Shown here: in pieces, positions 37,360 to 48,613 of the stretch
Layout of the letters: every line of letters begins with the position of its first letter
Position numbering within the stretch: the stretch's first letter is position 1
NCBI GenBank assembly: GCA_963708075.1
Contig: OY970194.1
Span: forward strand, 1,504,001-1,568,000
Length of the DNA: 64,000 nt
Source of the DNA: Sedimentisphaerales bacterium
GTDB taxonomy: Bacteria > Planctomycetota > Phycisphaerae > Sedimentisphaerales > Anaerobacaceae
Reading direction: 5' to 3'
Program-made: the position numbers and the translations under genes
Notes under the pieces: model-generated
Database searches by the model: none
What the model was told of the DNA's origin: nothing
The model's input: the letters and a program-made list of their open reading frames with translations, nothing else

Positions 37360-38172
37360 CTACCGCCCGGATCGGGGATTCGAGCCGCCCGCCGGAGAAT
37401 TTGGCTCGCCCGCCTCCCGCCGCAGTCTGGGGTAGCCCTTGCCTTCGTCGATCTGCCAAATGTCCGCCTTGCCGTTGGTCGTCTCGTCCGTGAAGTCCCA
37501 GCCGGCGTCGAGGAACGTCTTGGCCGTCTGCATCTCGGCCGTAGTCTTGCCCGTCCCGCCCGCACTGCTCACCTGACCGCTGGTTTCGGCATCCCAGAGG
37601 CAGTCGCGAATGGTGCCCTGGGTCGTTCCCACAAAGCCTCCCACCAGTCCGCCGACCATCTGATTGCCCGAGACACTGCCGCCCTGCACGTAGCAGCCGG
37701 TAACGACCCCATCCTTGAGTTGGCCCACGAGCGAGCCGACGTTGTCTCCAGTGCTCGCTTGGACATCCGGCTCAATGAGGCCGAGATTCCTGATTTCTGC
37801 GTCTATCCCGTCGACATATCCAAAGAGCCCCACGTTGTCCTTGCTGGTGCAGTTGCAGGCCAAATGCGAAATCGTGTGTCCGTTGCCGTCAAAGCTGCCC
37901 GTGAAGGGCTTCTCCGAATCGCCTATCACGCGGATCTCTCCGCCCGCCTCACCAGCCATATCGATGTCGACCATGAGCCGGAAGTGGTTAGCCAGATCGC
38001 AAGGATCGACGCCGATGGCGTTCATGTGCTCGGCAGTCCATATCTGATAAGGATCGTCGGCCGTGCCGCTGCCACCGCCGTATTTAGCTTCGCCAGAGAT
38101 GGCCATGAGCCAGGCTGCAAGCAGTGGCAGCACTGCCCACACGAGGATTCGCGAGTTCCGCTCCGTTTTCAT
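37360..38172 (-). CDS. GLUG-motif secreted protein
   Basis: KYGGGSGTADDPYQI, FTGSFDGNGHTI, VGLFG, VGGLVG, GTGKTTAEMQ, FLDAGWDF, YPRL. Confidence 0.88.
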   Translation of the reverse strand: MKTERNSRILVWAVLPLLAAWLMAISGEAKYGGGSGTADDPYQIWTAEHMNAIGVDPCDLANHFRLMVDIDMAGEAGGEIRVIGDSEKPFTGSFDGNGHTISHLACNCTSKDNVGLFGYVDGIDAEIRNLGLIEPDVQASTGDNVGSLVGQLKDGVVTGCYVQGGSVSGNQMVGGLVGGFVGTTQGTIRDCLWDAETSGQVSSAGGTGKTTAEMQTAKTFLDAGWDFTDETTNGKADIWQIDEGKGYPRLRREAGEPNSPAGGSNPRSGR

Positions 38173-38317
38173 TTCTCAGCCTCCATCTCGCCGACACCGC
38201 CAAAAGACAACGCTGGCCTCCGGGCGTGTATGATAACCGCGTGCGTTAAGAACGCACCCTACACTTCACCAGCATACAGTATACCTGATGGGGACTGTGC
38301 CGGTCAACTATTGGGGT

Positions 38318-39540
38318 CAGGGCTATCGCATCTAAATGCCAAGGACCTTAAGCAGGTAGTCTCGGTCCCAGCCGGCTCGGAGGCGTTTGGCGGCGATGCC
38401 GCCCTTGGCCGTCTTCTCCTGCTTGAGCAGCATCAGGGCGATTCGACGCAATCGCGAGAAGTTCTCGGCGGCGTTGGCCACTCGGACTCGACTGGCGTCC
38501 TCATGGAAACTCACGTCCAGCGACCAGTGCAACTGGACCTCCACGGACCAGTGATGGCGAATCAATGTCCCCAGACGCTGGGCACAGTGTCCCGGATGGG
38601 AGCTGATGAAGTAGTGTCGCTTTCGTTCGCACTGGCCGTTGACCTGACGCTCTCGCTCGATGGCCGTGAGGCTGCCCAGACCCGGCCAGTCGTGACGCCC
38701 TTGCAGCCATCCCACATCGCTGGTAGTCCACACCCGGCGGGTTTCCAGTCGTCCATGGCCTTTTTCCACGGTTTCCCAGAAGTCCTGCTCGCCGGCAAAC
38801 CCGTGGGCGATGCCGTCCTCCATGTACATCCGGGCATCCTCGTACAGAGTCCCTTGGTTAGCCTTGAGGGCCAGCACATAGTCGCCGCCCTGATCGACGA
38901 TCTGCTCGGCGATCTCCTTTTGACAACCCATGGCGTCAATCGTGATGGTTGCCTCCTCCACGTCGAGCAGCTTGAGCAACTCCGGGATCGCGGTGATCTC
39001 ATTGCTCTTGGCATCGACCGCCCGTTGGCCGAAAGCCACGCAGTTCTCGTGGACCCAGGCACTGACCATGTGCAACGGGCCTTTGGCACGGACCCGATCA
39101 AAGCTGTTTCGCAGGGTCTTGCCGTCGATGGCGATGTGCTTGCCCCGGCTGCTGCCGGCCAGATCCGCCACAAACGCCTGCATGACCGCTTCAAACGCAT
39201 CCGGGTCCAGGGCGGCAAAGACCCGACCAAAGGTATCATGCGATGGAATGCCATTGGGCAGGTCCAGAAACGTGCCAAACCATTCCTCGTTGACGTTGCC
39301 GAACATCTCTACGTCCGTCCAGTGCTCAGCCCCGCAGATCACGGCACAGACGCCAATGACCAGAATATCCTGTAATTCATGCCGTTTCGTCCGCTCCACG
39401 CGAGGATCAGGAACCGCGGCAAAATGATCCCAAATCGACTTGCTCATCAAGAACGTATTCCTCTCTAATCTGAGTGTCTTGCTTCTGAGAAGAATACGAA
39501 ACCACACCTACAAAGGCTCAATTTAGATGCGATAGCCCTA
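38318..39540 (-). mobile_element. ISAs1 family insertion sequence, complete
   Basis: 19 bp perfect terminal IR agggctatcgcatctaaat (38319-38337) / atttagatgcgatagccct (39521-39539); 8 bp target duplication ATTGGGGT at 38310-38317 and 39541-39548. Confidence 0.95.
38332..39447 (-). CDS. ISAs1 family transposase
   Basis: [74 protein letters not shown]. Confidence 0.97.
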   Translation of the reverse strand: MSKSIWDHFAAVPDPRVERTKRHELQDILVIGVCAVICGAEHWTDVEMFGNVNEEWFGTFLDLPNGIPSHDTFGRVFAALDPDAFEAVMQAFVADLAGSSRGKHIAIDGKTLRNSFDRVRAKGPLHMVSAWVHENCVAFGQRAVDAKSNEITAIPELLKLLDVEEATITIDAMGCQKEIAEQIVDQGGDYVLALKANQGTLYEDARMYMEDGIAHGFAGEQDFWETVEKGHGRLETRRVWTTSDVGWLQGRHDWPGLGSLTAIERERQVNGQCERKRHYFISSHPGHCAQRLGTLIRHHWSVEVQLHWSLDVSFHEDASRVRVANAAENFSRLRRIALMLLKQEKTAKGGIAAKRLRAGWDRDYLLKVLGI

Positions 39541-39599
39541 ATTGGGGTGACTTGTTTCGGATTTCGATATTCGTGTTTCGGATTTCCCGCGAGGCGGGG

Positions 39600-40281
39600 C
39601 TACATATCCGGGACGACTTCTACGGAGAGTTCGCCGGTGGGTTTGATTTTGAAGACGTAGATGAGACCTTCGCGGAGCTTGCGGTAGATGACGTTGCCGT
39701 AGATGGCCTTGATGTCGTGCTCTTTGAGTCTGTCGAGGTTGTTGGCGAGGTCCCAGATCTCGGTCCAGAAGAGCTGCTGGTGCTCGATGGGCAGGGTTTG
39801 GAGCAGGCCGGCGTATCGTTTGGGCTCGGCGCCGGGCTCCTCGATGGGGTAGCCGTCCTGCGGGGCCATGGTCTCGCCGTAGATGCGTCGCCACAGGTAC
39901 AGGGCCCTGGCCCGGCCGTCCATCACCATCTTGTCACCGAATGTGACGATCAGGGCATCGAAGTGGATGACATCGCCCTCGACCGTGTACTCCTTTTGCA
40001 GGATCTTGACGGTTTTGTCTTCCCGCGAGGTTCTCGACGAACCGGATGGTCGTCAGCGTGCGTCCGTTCTCGCTTCGCTGCGAGATCACCTTGGCGTAGC
40101 CGATCTGGTCCTCCTCGGTCAGGTTTCCGATCGCCTGCTTGAGCTGCTTGTTCTCGTTGAGCAGCTCGTGGATCGTCACCGCCCCGTGGTAGAGCCCGCG
40201 GCCCATGTACGCGCCGCCGGCAATCAGTACGGCCACAACGCCGAGGGCGAAGAATCCCGTTTTTCTACGTAAGTACGCCAT
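39600..40281 (-). CDS. Conserved hypothetical membrane-anchored protein (one apparent +1 frameshift at ~40032)
   Basis: Removing one base of GAGAACC joins ...TTIRFVE to TSREDKTVKILQKEYTVEGDVIHFDALIV...LYLWRRIYGE. Confidence 0.75.
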
Positions 40282-40451
40282 GCATTCCCATCTGCCTTCT
40301 TTAGCCGGTACTACGAGCCGCCGCCCCCGGAGGTTTTCATCGGCTCTGATGACTGAGTTTCTGCAAACTTTTGGCATTAGTGGTTGCATTATCGGCCGGG
40401 GGTCACTATATTCTACGACTCGAACATGGGTCGATTGAAGGGATGCAATCT

Positions 40452-41246
40452 ATGGTCAGGCAATGGTCTGTCGTTGTACGAATCGGCGTGTTGGTCGGCA
40501 TACTGGGGTTGTCGGGCTGCTACGAGCCTGAACCGAAGCCATCGATCACAGGGGAAGAATCGAGAGTCACATTGCCCCCGGCGCAGACACCGCCGGCACA
40601 GCATCAGCTTATGGGCAGGTCGGTCAACGGCCGGGCCATCATGGTCCAGGTCCTCGGCCGGGGCAGCGACACGGTATTCGTCATGGGCGCCATCCACGGC
40701 AACGAGCCGGCCAGCGCCACCCTGGTCGAGCGGTTGTCGGAGCACCTGCGGAGGAATCCCAGCCTGTTGGACGGCCGCCGCGTGGTCCTGCTGCCCGTCG
40801 CCAATCCCGACGGGTTGGCCGCCGGGACCCGGGAGAACGTGCACGGCATCGATCTGAACCGCAATTTCGAGGCCGGCAACCGCGTGGACAACGAGACGAA
40901 CGGCCATTCGGCACTGACCGAGCCGGAGTCCAAGGCCCTGCAGAGGATCATCAAGGAGTACAAGCCGAGCCGTATCGTCAGTATCCACCAGCCTTTAACG
41001 TGCATCGACTACGACGGCCCGGCCGGCGCGCTGGCCTCCCGCATGGCCCAGTATTGCGATCTGCCGATCAAGAAGCTGGGCGCCAGGCCCGGGTCGCTCG
41101 GCTCCTTCACCGGCGAAGAGCTCAAGATCCCGACTATCACACTCGAACTGCCGGAGACTGCGGCAAACCTGGGCGCTGCGGCATTGTGGGAGCAGTACGG
41201 CAGGGCCGTCCTGGCCGTGATCACCTACCCTGAACACCCCCTGTAG
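40452..41246 (+). CDS. M14 zinc carboxypeptidase (MpaA-like murein peptide amidase), lipoprotein
   Basis: IHGNE, ANPDG, GIDLNRNF, EPES, SIHQ, ITLELP; LSGC lipobox. Confidence 0.9.
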   Translation: MVRQWSVVVRIGVLVGILGLSGCYEPEPKPSITGEESRVTLPPAQTPPAQHQLMGRSVNGRAIMVQVLGRGSDTVFVMGAIHGNEPASATLVERLSEHLRRNPSLLDGRRVVLLPVANPDGLAAGTRENVHGIDLNRNFEAGNRVDNETNGHSALTEPESKALQRIIKEYKPSRIVSIHQPLTCIDYDGPAGALASRMAQYCDLPIKKLGARPGSLGSFTGEELKIPTITLELPETAANLGAAALWEQYGRAVLAVITYPEHPL

Positions 41247-41269
41247 ATGGAAGTGGATCTGGCCATTCC

Positions 41270-41330
41270 GTAGGGTGTGCAATGCACACCTTTTCATCCG
41301 TAGAGGAAGGTGTGCGGTGCACACCCTACA
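41270..41330. repeat. Inverted GTAG-type REP pair
   Basis: gtagggtgtgcaatgcacacc ... ggtgtgcggtgcacaccctac; related copies near 17189, 37322, 38240, 50667. Confidence 0.7.
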
Positions 41331-41436
41331 ACCATCTGCGCTCTGCCTGAGAGCCCGCCACAAACAAAGTCCGCGCGGGAAGCATATAAGTAGTAGGATG
41401 GTGGCAGGACTCCCGTTACAATCACCGTGAAAGAGC

Positions 41437-43515
41437 ATGGGCGTATACAGGCTGAACAATCAGTACAAGCCGGCAGGCGACCAGCCGCAAGCTATCGAGC
41501 GGCTTGTTGATGGTCTGCGCGAGGGCAAGAGATTTCAGACGCTGATGGGCGTGACCGGCAGCGGCAAGACCTTCACAATGGCCAACGTGATCGCGCAGTT
41601 CGACAAGCCGGTCCTGCTGATTTCGCACAACAAGACCCTGGCCGCCCAGCTCTATGAGGAGTTCAAGGAGCTCTTCCCGGAAAACGCGGTCGAGTACTTC
41701 GTCAGCTACTACGATTATTACCAGCCCGAGGCCTACATCCCGCAGCGCGACATCTATATCGAGAAGGATGCCTCCCGCAACTCGGACCTGGATCGGCTGC
41801 GGCTCTCGGCGACGACGAGCCTGTCCACACGCCGGGATTGCGTCGTCGTCGCGTCCGTCTCGTGTATCTTCGGGCTCGGCTCCCCCGAGGACTATAAGGC
41901 GAGCGTCGTCGCGGTACGCACGGGCGAGGCCTACGATCGCAATACCATGCTCGGACGCCTGGCCGACATCCAGTACACCCGTAACGACATCGATTTTCAG
42001 CGAGGCACCTTCCGCGTCCGGGGGGACGTGGTCGAGCTGCACCCGTCGTATGAGTCCTACGCCATCCGAATCGAGTTCTTTGGCGATCAGGTCGAGCAGA
42101 TCAACTACATCAATCCCGTATCCAACGAGATCCTCGCCGTCGAGCACCAGGTGTTCATCTACCCGGCCCAGCACTATGTCATGCCGGCCGAGAGGATCGG
42201 CTCGGCGGTCGAGGGCATCAAGGCCGAACTCGAAGGGCGGCTCCAGCAACTCCGCAGCGAGGGCAAGCTGCTCGAAGCCCAGCGGCTGCAGGCACGGACC
42301 ATGTACGACCTCGAAATGATCCAGGAGGTCGGCTACTGCAGCGGGATCGAGAACTACTCCCGGCACCTGGCGGGCCTGCCGGCGGGATCGAGACCTTATA
42401 CGCTCATCGATTACTTCCCGAAGGATTTCATCCTGCTGATCGATGAATCACACGTGACGCTGCCGCAGTTGCGGGCGATGTGGGCCGGAGACAGGAGCCG
42501 CAAGGAGGTCCTCGTGGAGCACGGATTCCGCCTGCCCAGCGCGCTCGACAACCGCCCCTTGCGATTCGAGGAATTCTGCGAGAGTTGGAACCAGGTAGTC
42601 TTCATCTCCGCGACCCCCGGGCCGTATGAGATGGCCAAGTGCGGCAACGAGGTCGTGGAGCAGGTCATCCGCCCCACCGGCCTGCTCGATCCCGAAATCT
42701 CCATCTTCCCGGCGGAGAACCAGGTTCAGCACCTGCTGGGCGAGATCGAAAAACGGGTCGAAGCGAACGAACGCACGCTTGTGACGACCCTGACCAAGCG
42801 GATGGCCGAGCATTTGGCGGACTATGTTGCCAAGCGGGGTATCCGCTGCCGGTACCTGCACAGCGAGATCGATACGCTCGAACGCATTGAGATCCTCCGC
42901 GACCTGCGCCAGGGCAATTTCGACGTGCTGGTCGGCGTGAACCTGCTGCGCGAGGGGCTCGACCTGCCCGAAGTCTCCTGCGTCGCCATCCTTGACGCCG
43001 ATAAGGAGGGCTTCCTGCGCAGCCAGACCTCCCTGATCCAGACGATCGGCCGAACCGCCCGAAACGTCAACGCCATGGTCTTGCTGTACGCCGACAGGGT
43101 GACAGATTCCATGCAGAAAGCCATTGACGAAACGAACCGGCGGCGTAAAATTCAACAGGCGTACAATGAGCAGCACAACATCACGCCGGAGACGATACGG
43201 AAAGAAATCCGCAAGAGCCTCACTGAGCAGATCAGAGCGCAGCGTGTGGCCCGCGAGGCGGTTCGCCTCGGCGACTCCGAGTACGACAAGGTGGAGATGG
43301 CCTCGCAGATCGAACGGGAGATGTTCGAGGCCGCCGAAGCCCTGGATTTCGAGCGGGCTGCCTCCTTGCGCGACCAGTTGCGCGAGCTGAAAGAGCTGCC
43401 TGAATTGATCGTCAGCAGCCGGACGAAGAGAGATGTCGCCAGAAAAACCCGGCGCGGCGCGGGGCCAACTCCTGACCGCCGCCGGCGCGAATACACGTTT
43501 TTGGGAACCGTTTGA
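41437..43515 (+). CDS. uvrB: Excinuclease ABC subunit B
   Basis: [54 protein letters not shown]-terminal UVR domain. Confidence 0.98.
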   Translation: MGVYRLNNQYKPAGDQPQAIERLVDGLREGKRFQTLMGVTGSGKTFTMANVIAQFDKPVLLISHNKTLAAQLYEEFKELFPENAVEYFVSYYDYYQPEAYIPQRDIYIEKDASRNSDLDRLRLSATTSLSTRRDCVVVASVSCIFGLGSPEDYKASVVAVRTGEAYDRNTMLGRLADIQYTRNDIDFQRGTFRVRGDVVELHPSYESYAIRIEFFGDQVEQINYINPVSNEILAVEHQVFIYPAQHYVMPAERIGSAVEGIKAELEGRLQQLRSEGKLLEAQRLQARTMYDLEMIQEVGYCSGIENYSRHLAGLPAGSRPYTLIDYFPKDFILLIDESHVTLPQLRAMWAGDRSRKEVLVEHGFRLPSALDNRPLRFEEFCESWNQVVFISATPGPYEMAKCGNEVVEQVIRPTGLLDPEISIFPAENQVQHLLGEIEKRVEANERTLVTTLTKRMAEHLADYVAKRGIRCRYLHSEIDTLERIEILRDLRQGNFDVLVGVNLLREGLDLPEVSCVAILDADKEGFLRSQTSLIQTIGRTARNVNAMVLLYADRVTDSMQKAIDETNRRRKIQQAYNEQHNITPETIRKEIRKSLTEQIRAQRVAREAVRLGDSEYDKVEMASQIEREMFEAAEALDFERAASLRDQLRELKELPELIVSSRTKRDVARKTRRGAGPTPDRRRREYTFLGTV

Positions 43516-44388
43516 ATGAAGAAGCTGGATATCAAGCAAGTAAGGTCGCTGATCCAGATGGCCATGGAGGAAGATCTTGGCCGCGGCGACGTTACAACGG
43601 ACCTGTTGTTCCAGGATGGTGCACGGGCCAAGGCGATGGTCGTGACACGCGAGGAAATCGTCGTGGCAGGATTGCCCGTCGTGGAGGAAATCCTGCGGCA
43701 GTACGACGAGCGGCTGAAGATGACGGCCTACTACCGGGACGGCCAGTCGGCCCACGTGGGCGGCAAATTGGCAACTATCGAGGGGCCTCTGCGGTCCATG
43801 CTCAGCGTCGAGCGTGTGATGCTGAACTTTCTGCAACGGCTCAGCGGCATCGCGACAACCACGAGCCGATACGTTCGGGCGATCAAGGGGACGAAGGCCA
43901 GGATCTACGATACGCGGAAGACGCTGCCGGGCTGGCGGCAGCTCGAGAAGTACGCCGTGCGCTGTGGCGGCGGATACAACCATCGACTCGGCCTCTACGA
44001 CGGTGTGCTGATCAAGGACAACCATCTGGCCGGATTGGGCAAGGACTTCCCCGGGAGACTGCGAGAGGTCGTCAAGGAGGCCCGGAAGCTCAAGGGAGTC
44101 AAGTTCGTTGCGGTCGAAGTGGACCACGTGGACGACCAGTTGAACCACGTTCTGAAGATTCCCGGCATCGACATCGTTCTGCTGGACAATATGGGCCAGT
44201 GGCAGCTCAAGCACGCCGTGGAGATGCGAGACAAGATGTGCGGCAAGCATGCCAAGCCCTTGTTGGAAGCCTCCGGCAATATCACGCTGAACAATGTCTC
44301 GGAGATTGCCCAGTGCGGCGTGGACCGGATCGCCGTCGGCGCCATCACGCATTCCGCCGCCGCCGTGGACATAGGGCTCGACAGATAA
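43516..44388 (+). CDS. nadC: Nicotinate-nucleotide diphosphorylase (carboxylating)
   Basis: EDLGRGDVTT, ERVMLNFLQRLSGIAT, DTRKTLPG, HRLGLYD, IKDNH, LLDNM, EASGNI. Confidence 0.97.
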   Translation: MKKLDIKQVRSLIQMAMEEDLGRGDVTTDLLFQDGARAKAMVVTREEIVVAGLPVVEEILRQYDERLKMTAYYRDGQSAHVGGKLATIEGPLRSMLSVERVMLNFLQRLSGIATTTSRYVRAIKGTKARIYDTRKTLPGWRQLEKYAVRCGGGYNHRLGLYDGVLIKDNHLAGLGKDFPGRLREVVKEARKLKGVKFVAVEVDHVDDQLNHVLKIPGIDIVLLDNMGQWQLKHAVEMRDKMCGKHAKPLLEASGNITLNNVSEIAQCGVDRIAVGAITHSAAAVDIGLDR

Positions 44389-44399
44389 CACAACCGGAG

Positions 44400-44560
44400 G
44401 AAAAGCACGAAGCACGAATTCCGAAATTCGAAACGAGCACGAATGCCCAAATGACCCAAATTCAAAACCCACCTCCCGGCGCCGCGTCTGGAGCATTGGG
44501 AATTCAGTCATTTGGGTTTGTTTCGGATTTCGATATTCGGATTTCGAATTTCGAATTCGA
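44400..44560. repeat. Palindromic heptamer-repeat element
   Basis: Left arm gcacgaattccgaaattcgaaac, right arm gtttcggatttcgatattcggatttcgaatttcg; right-arm copies at ~17147 and ~39553. Confidence 0.75.
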
Positions 44561-44569
44561 GATGCATAC

Positions 44570-45382
44570 ATGCCAGCAGATGACCGGCTCGATCCGGATC
44601 TGATACAAGCCAATCTCAGGACCAGGCTCGTCGGGAGAAAGGTGCTCGTCTATGATTCCACGGCGAGTACGAACGACGTCGCCACCGAGTACGCGAAGAA
44701 TCTGGACCATGCCGGCCTTGTCGTCTTCGCGGAGGAGCAGACCGCCGGACGCGGACGCAGCGGGGCCAAATGGCACAGCGCCAGCGGCCAGAGCCTGCTG
44801 TTTTCCGTTCTCCTGATCGACTGCGGCGTCGGCAGCGAACTGCTCTCGCTCACTTGTGCCGTGGCGGTGGCCGAGGCCATCGGGCAGGTGGGGGCTTATC
44901 GTGCAGGAATCAAATGGCCCAATGACATCGTCCTCGCCGGCAGAAAGCTCGCCGGGATCCTCGTGGAAGCCAGAGCGGAAAATCAAAAATCAAACATCAA
45001 AAATCAAACTTGCACGGTCCACGTCATCGGCATCGGCATCAACTGCCATCAGACGCTGGAGGATTTCCCGCCCGAACTGCGCGAGACCGCCACGAGCCTT
45101 GACCTGGCCGCCGGCGCCCGATGCGACCGCGTGACCGTCGCCCGGCGGGTCCTCACCTCGCTGGACCACTGGCTCAGAGTCGCCGGCCGAAACGGAAAGC
45201 AGGCCACACAAACCTGGAGCCGCCTGAGCACGCAGCTCGGCCAGCGAGTCATCCTGTCCTGCAACCGCAAGCGCTTCACCGGCAACTGCATCGGCGTAGA
45301 CCCGGAAAAAGGCCTGATCCTGCAGCTCGACCGCGGCGGCATCCGAATGTTCGACGCCGCCCACACCCACATCGTCAAATGA
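44570..45382 (+). CDS. birA: Biotin--[acetyl-CoA-carboxylase] ligase
   Basis: STASTND, AEEQTAGRGR, IKWPND, KLAGILVE, GIGIN. Confidence 0.95.
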   Translation: MPADDRLDPDLIQANLRTRLVGRKVLVYDSTASTNDVATEYAKNLDHAGLVVFAEEQTAGRGRSGAKWHSASGQSLLFSVLLIDCGVGSELLSLTCAVAVAEAIGQVGAYRAGIKWPNDIVLAGRKLAGILVEARAENQKSNIKNQTCTVHVIGIGINCHQTLEDFPPELRETATSLDLAAGARCDRVTVARRVLTSLDHWLRVAGRNGKQATQTWSRLSTQLGQRVILSCNRKRFTGNCIGVDPEKGLILQLDRGGIRMFDAAHTHIVK

Positions 45383-45414
45383 CCACCACGTGGCGGGCCG
45401 GCAAGAAATAGTCC

Positions 45415-46504
45415 TCATTTTCCGGTAATATCAGGTCGCTTCAACAGAGCGTCCTCGTATGCCCGATTGAAGACATCGGAAGAACTCGGGCGAGCGGTGG
45501 CAGCACTCGTTGCCAGAAGGTGGCACAACACACACCTGTACAGGGCCGGTACCTGAAACCACAAGTTCCCCCAGTCCTTCCTGTGCACGAACTCATAGCG
45601 TTCCTTTGGAAGCGGATTGCCATGTGCATACTTGTTGCGGCTGTAGTAGAGTCGGGCATACACCTGCACAGGGAGGCTCACCTTCTTCCTGGTCTTCTGA
45701 GGCTTCTTCTCTCGTCCAATGTTCGCACACGTCTTGCGCCGAAGGCGATGACGCTGCCATAGGACCGCTGTAATCAATGAACTCACATGACTGTAGTGCA
45801 CGTCCCCTATCCCAGGATAGGCCAATGCCTCGAAGGCCGAGAACCCACAGAGAGAGAGCGACCCCAAAATCCACCTGCGCCTGCAGATTGACTATGGGCG
45901 CACGTAAAGCATAATATGCCAACTCAATCGAGCGGAATATGCGATTCCTGAACTGAACGTCGGCCCTTCGCCGATACTTGACCTCAAGAAGATTCAGCAG
46001 CCATACCATGAGCCATTCATCAGAGACCATGCGGACATGCTGCGGATGAATGACTGACGGGGTCGTAGACCCCGCAAATCCATCCACCTCCATCCATCCA
46101 GACACCTCAAACGGGGTTCGCCCAATCAAGTCCGTTCCGTCCGAAGAGACACTAACCGGACAAAAGTCAAACAGGTCCGTGCAATAGACACCCATTGGGG
46201 TGTTCATCATGTACTGCTCTGTGCGCGAATACAGGACAGATGACACCGCGATCGCGTTTCTGAAGGAGCACAGACGACGGGCATCCACCTTCGGCAGCGA
46301 CGCATCACGGATGACAATGGATGGCTGGACATGTGTCCCATCCGGTGCTCGGAATGCCGCCAAGTACTTGCCCATAACAGGATTCCCAGCTTGAAGCTGC
46401 CGGTAGCGTTCATCCTCGCTCCCTATCAAGGCAAGATCATCGATAGCAACAAAGCCTTTGATGTCCACGGAAGGAATTGTCATTACGTACTTGAACGTCG
46501 CCAT
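45415..46504 (-). CDS. Putative HEPN-domain (ApeA-like) protein, one apparent +1 frameshift at ~45842
   Basis: Removing one base of GGTTCTC gives LSLWVSAFEALAYP...LYYSRNKYAHG (RxxxxH); visibly lower GC than the flanking genes. Confidence 0.7.
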
Positions 46505-46762
46505 TTATTCCTCAAGTCGCTCGGTACGTGGAATTCCAGAATTCCCGTTACGCCTCGCCTATTTCAGCACACATAGTCTGTAGTTCCTCCCTATTGTAGG
46601 TGAAAGCCGCCGGGGAAGACAAGAGGAAGTTCGTGGAGCACCGCCGGATTGCCGCATCGAGACTATTGTGCCAAAGAAACCCAATTTGCAGGAGCAGGCG
46701 TCACACCGTGTGGGTATACTGACACGTCACAGATACAGGAACCAATGGGAAAGGGGTTCATT

Positions 46763-48460
46763 ATGAGCAGATCGGTATGGAGTCTCCTGACCAGCGTTGT
46801 TTGTCTGCCACTTGTGTTTGCAGCAGGCGCAGGGGCGAATGCCGCGCAGACAGGCGTCATAGGCAGTCCGGACTATCTCAAAGCGAGCGCCGAGGATGTG
46901 CAGGCGTGGCGGGAGTTGAAGTTTGGGCTGTTTGTGCATTGGGGGCCGGTGAGCCTTAAGGGGACGGAGATCGGGTGGTCGCGCGGGGGCGAGAGACGCG
47001 GGACCGGTGGCAAGGGCGAGATTCCTGTCGAGGTGTATGACAATCTGTATAAGCAGTTCAACCCGGTGCAGTTCAACGCGGACGAGTGGATGCAGATCGC
47101 CAAGGACGCGGGGATGCGGTATTTCGTGTTCACGTCGAAGCACCATGACGGCTTCTCCATGTTCGACAGTAAGCTGACGGACTACAAGGTCACGAACTCG
47201 CCGTTCAAGCGGGACGTGGTCAAGGAGCTGGCTGACGCGTGTCACAAGGCGGGCCTGCGGCTGGGTTACTACTACTCGCCCGTGGATTGGCACCACCCGG
47301 ACTATCGCACCGTGAACCACCAGCGATACATCGAGTACCTGCACGGCCAGCTTCGCGAGATCTGCAGCAATTACGGCAGGATCGACATCGTCTGGTTCGA
47401 CGGCCTCGGCGGCAGCGCGAAGGATTGGGACTCGGAGAACCTCTTTCGCGTGATCCGGCAGTTGCAGCCGCACGTCATTATCAATGACCGTGCCGGGCTG
47501 CCGGCGGACCACGACACGCCGGAGCAGACGATCGGCGGCTTCCAGCGAGAGCGGCCGTGGGAGACCTGCATGACGATCTGCCAACAGTGGGCCTGGAAGC
47601 CCAACGATCGGATGAAGTCACTCAAGGAGTGCATCCAGACGCTCGTGCGAGTCGTCGGCGGTGACGGCAATCTCCTGTTCAACGTCGGCCCGATGCCCGA
47701 CGGGCGCATCGAGCCCAGGCAGGTGGAGCGGCTCCACGAGATGGGCCAATGGCTTGGCAAGTACGGCCAGAGCATCTACGGCACCCGCGGCGGGCCATTC
47801 AAGACCACCGCCGGGCTTGCCAGCACGTACAGGGACAACGTGATCTATGTGCACATCCTGGAATGGCCGAGTGACACGATCACCCTGCCGGCCCTGCCGA
47901 AGCGCGTGGCCGATGCCTCGCTCCTGACGGGTGGAACCGTGAGCGTGCAGCAGACGGACAAGGGAATCGAGATTCAAGTGCCCGCAGGCAGCCGCCAGGA
48001 GATCGACACGATTGTCGCGCTGAAGCTGGACGGGCCCGCCGGCGACATTCCGCCGGTTGCGATGTCGTCCGGATCCCTCGCCTCCGGCAAGAAGGCCACG
48101 GCGTCCAACGTGTTCCAAAACAGCCCCGCGCATGGGCCGGAGAAAGCCTTTGACGACGATCCGGGTACTCGATGGGCCACGGATTCCGGCGTCAAGCAGG
48201 CCTGGCTCGAAGTGGATCTGGGCAGGCCCGTGACCTTCAGCCGGGTGTCGATCAGCGAGGAGTACGGTCGCGTCCGCCGGTTCGAGCTCCAGTACAAGGA
48301 CGGCGAAGCCTGGAAGACATTCCAGCAAGGCACGCGCATCGGCGACAACTACTCGCAGAGCTTCGAGCCCGTGACCGCCCAGCACGTCCGCCTGAACATC
48401 CTCGAGGCCACCGACGGCCCAACGATCCGGGAATTTCACCTGCCGCCGCCAAAGCCATAG
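46763..48460 (+). CDS. Alpha-L-fucosidase (GH29) with C-terminal F5/8-type carbohydrate-binding domain
   Basis: KFGLFVHWG, FNPVQFNADEW, TSKHHDGF, WFDG, PWETCMTI, NLLFNVGP; AFDDDPGTRW, WLEVDLG. Confidence 0.95.
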   Translation: MSRSVWSLLTSVVCLPLVFAAGAGANAAQTGVIGSPDYLKASAEDVQAWRELKFGLFVHWGPVSLKGTEIGWSRGGERRGTGGKGEIPVEVYDNLYKQFNPVQFNADEWMQIAKDAGMRYFVFTSKHHDGFSMFDSKLTDYKVTNSPFKRDVVKELADACHKAGLRLGYYYSPVDWHHPDYRTVNHQRYIEYLHGQLREICSNYGRIDIVWFDGLGGSAKDWDSENLFRVIRQLQPHVIINDRAGLPADHDTPEQTIGGFQRERPWETCMTICQQWAWKPNDRMKSLKECIQTLVRVVGGDGNLLFNVGPMPDGRIEPRQVERLHEMGQWLGKYGQSIYGTRGGPFKTTAGLASTYRDNVIYVHILEWPSDTITLPALPKRVADASLLTGGTVSVQQTDKGIEIQVPAGSRQEIDTIVALKLDGPAGDIPPVAMSSGSLASGKKATASNVFQNSPAHGPEKAFDDDPGTRWATDSGVKQAWLEVDLGRPVTFSRVSISEEYGRVRRFELQYKDGEAWKTFQQGTRIGDNYSQSFEPVTAQHVRLNILEATDGPTIREFHLPPPKP

Positions 48461-48613
48461 ACTGAGCACCCGGGACCCTTCAATATGCTTGCGCAGGCAC
48501 GTTGGCGACCCACAGGTTCACAGTTGCCGTTCGGGCGGCGGCGGATATACTGACGGGCCGTGAATGAGTGTCGGACCGCAAATCGTGTGGGCGAACTGGA
48601 CGAGGTTGGAGAT

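Noticed and set aside
37720..39375. 551 aa plus-strand ORF
   Set aside because: Antisense shadow of the ISAs1 transposase and GLUG gene; crosses the IS boundary
42448..44613. 721 aa minus-strand ORF
   Set aside because: Antisense shadow of uvrB/nadC, expected in high-GC DNA
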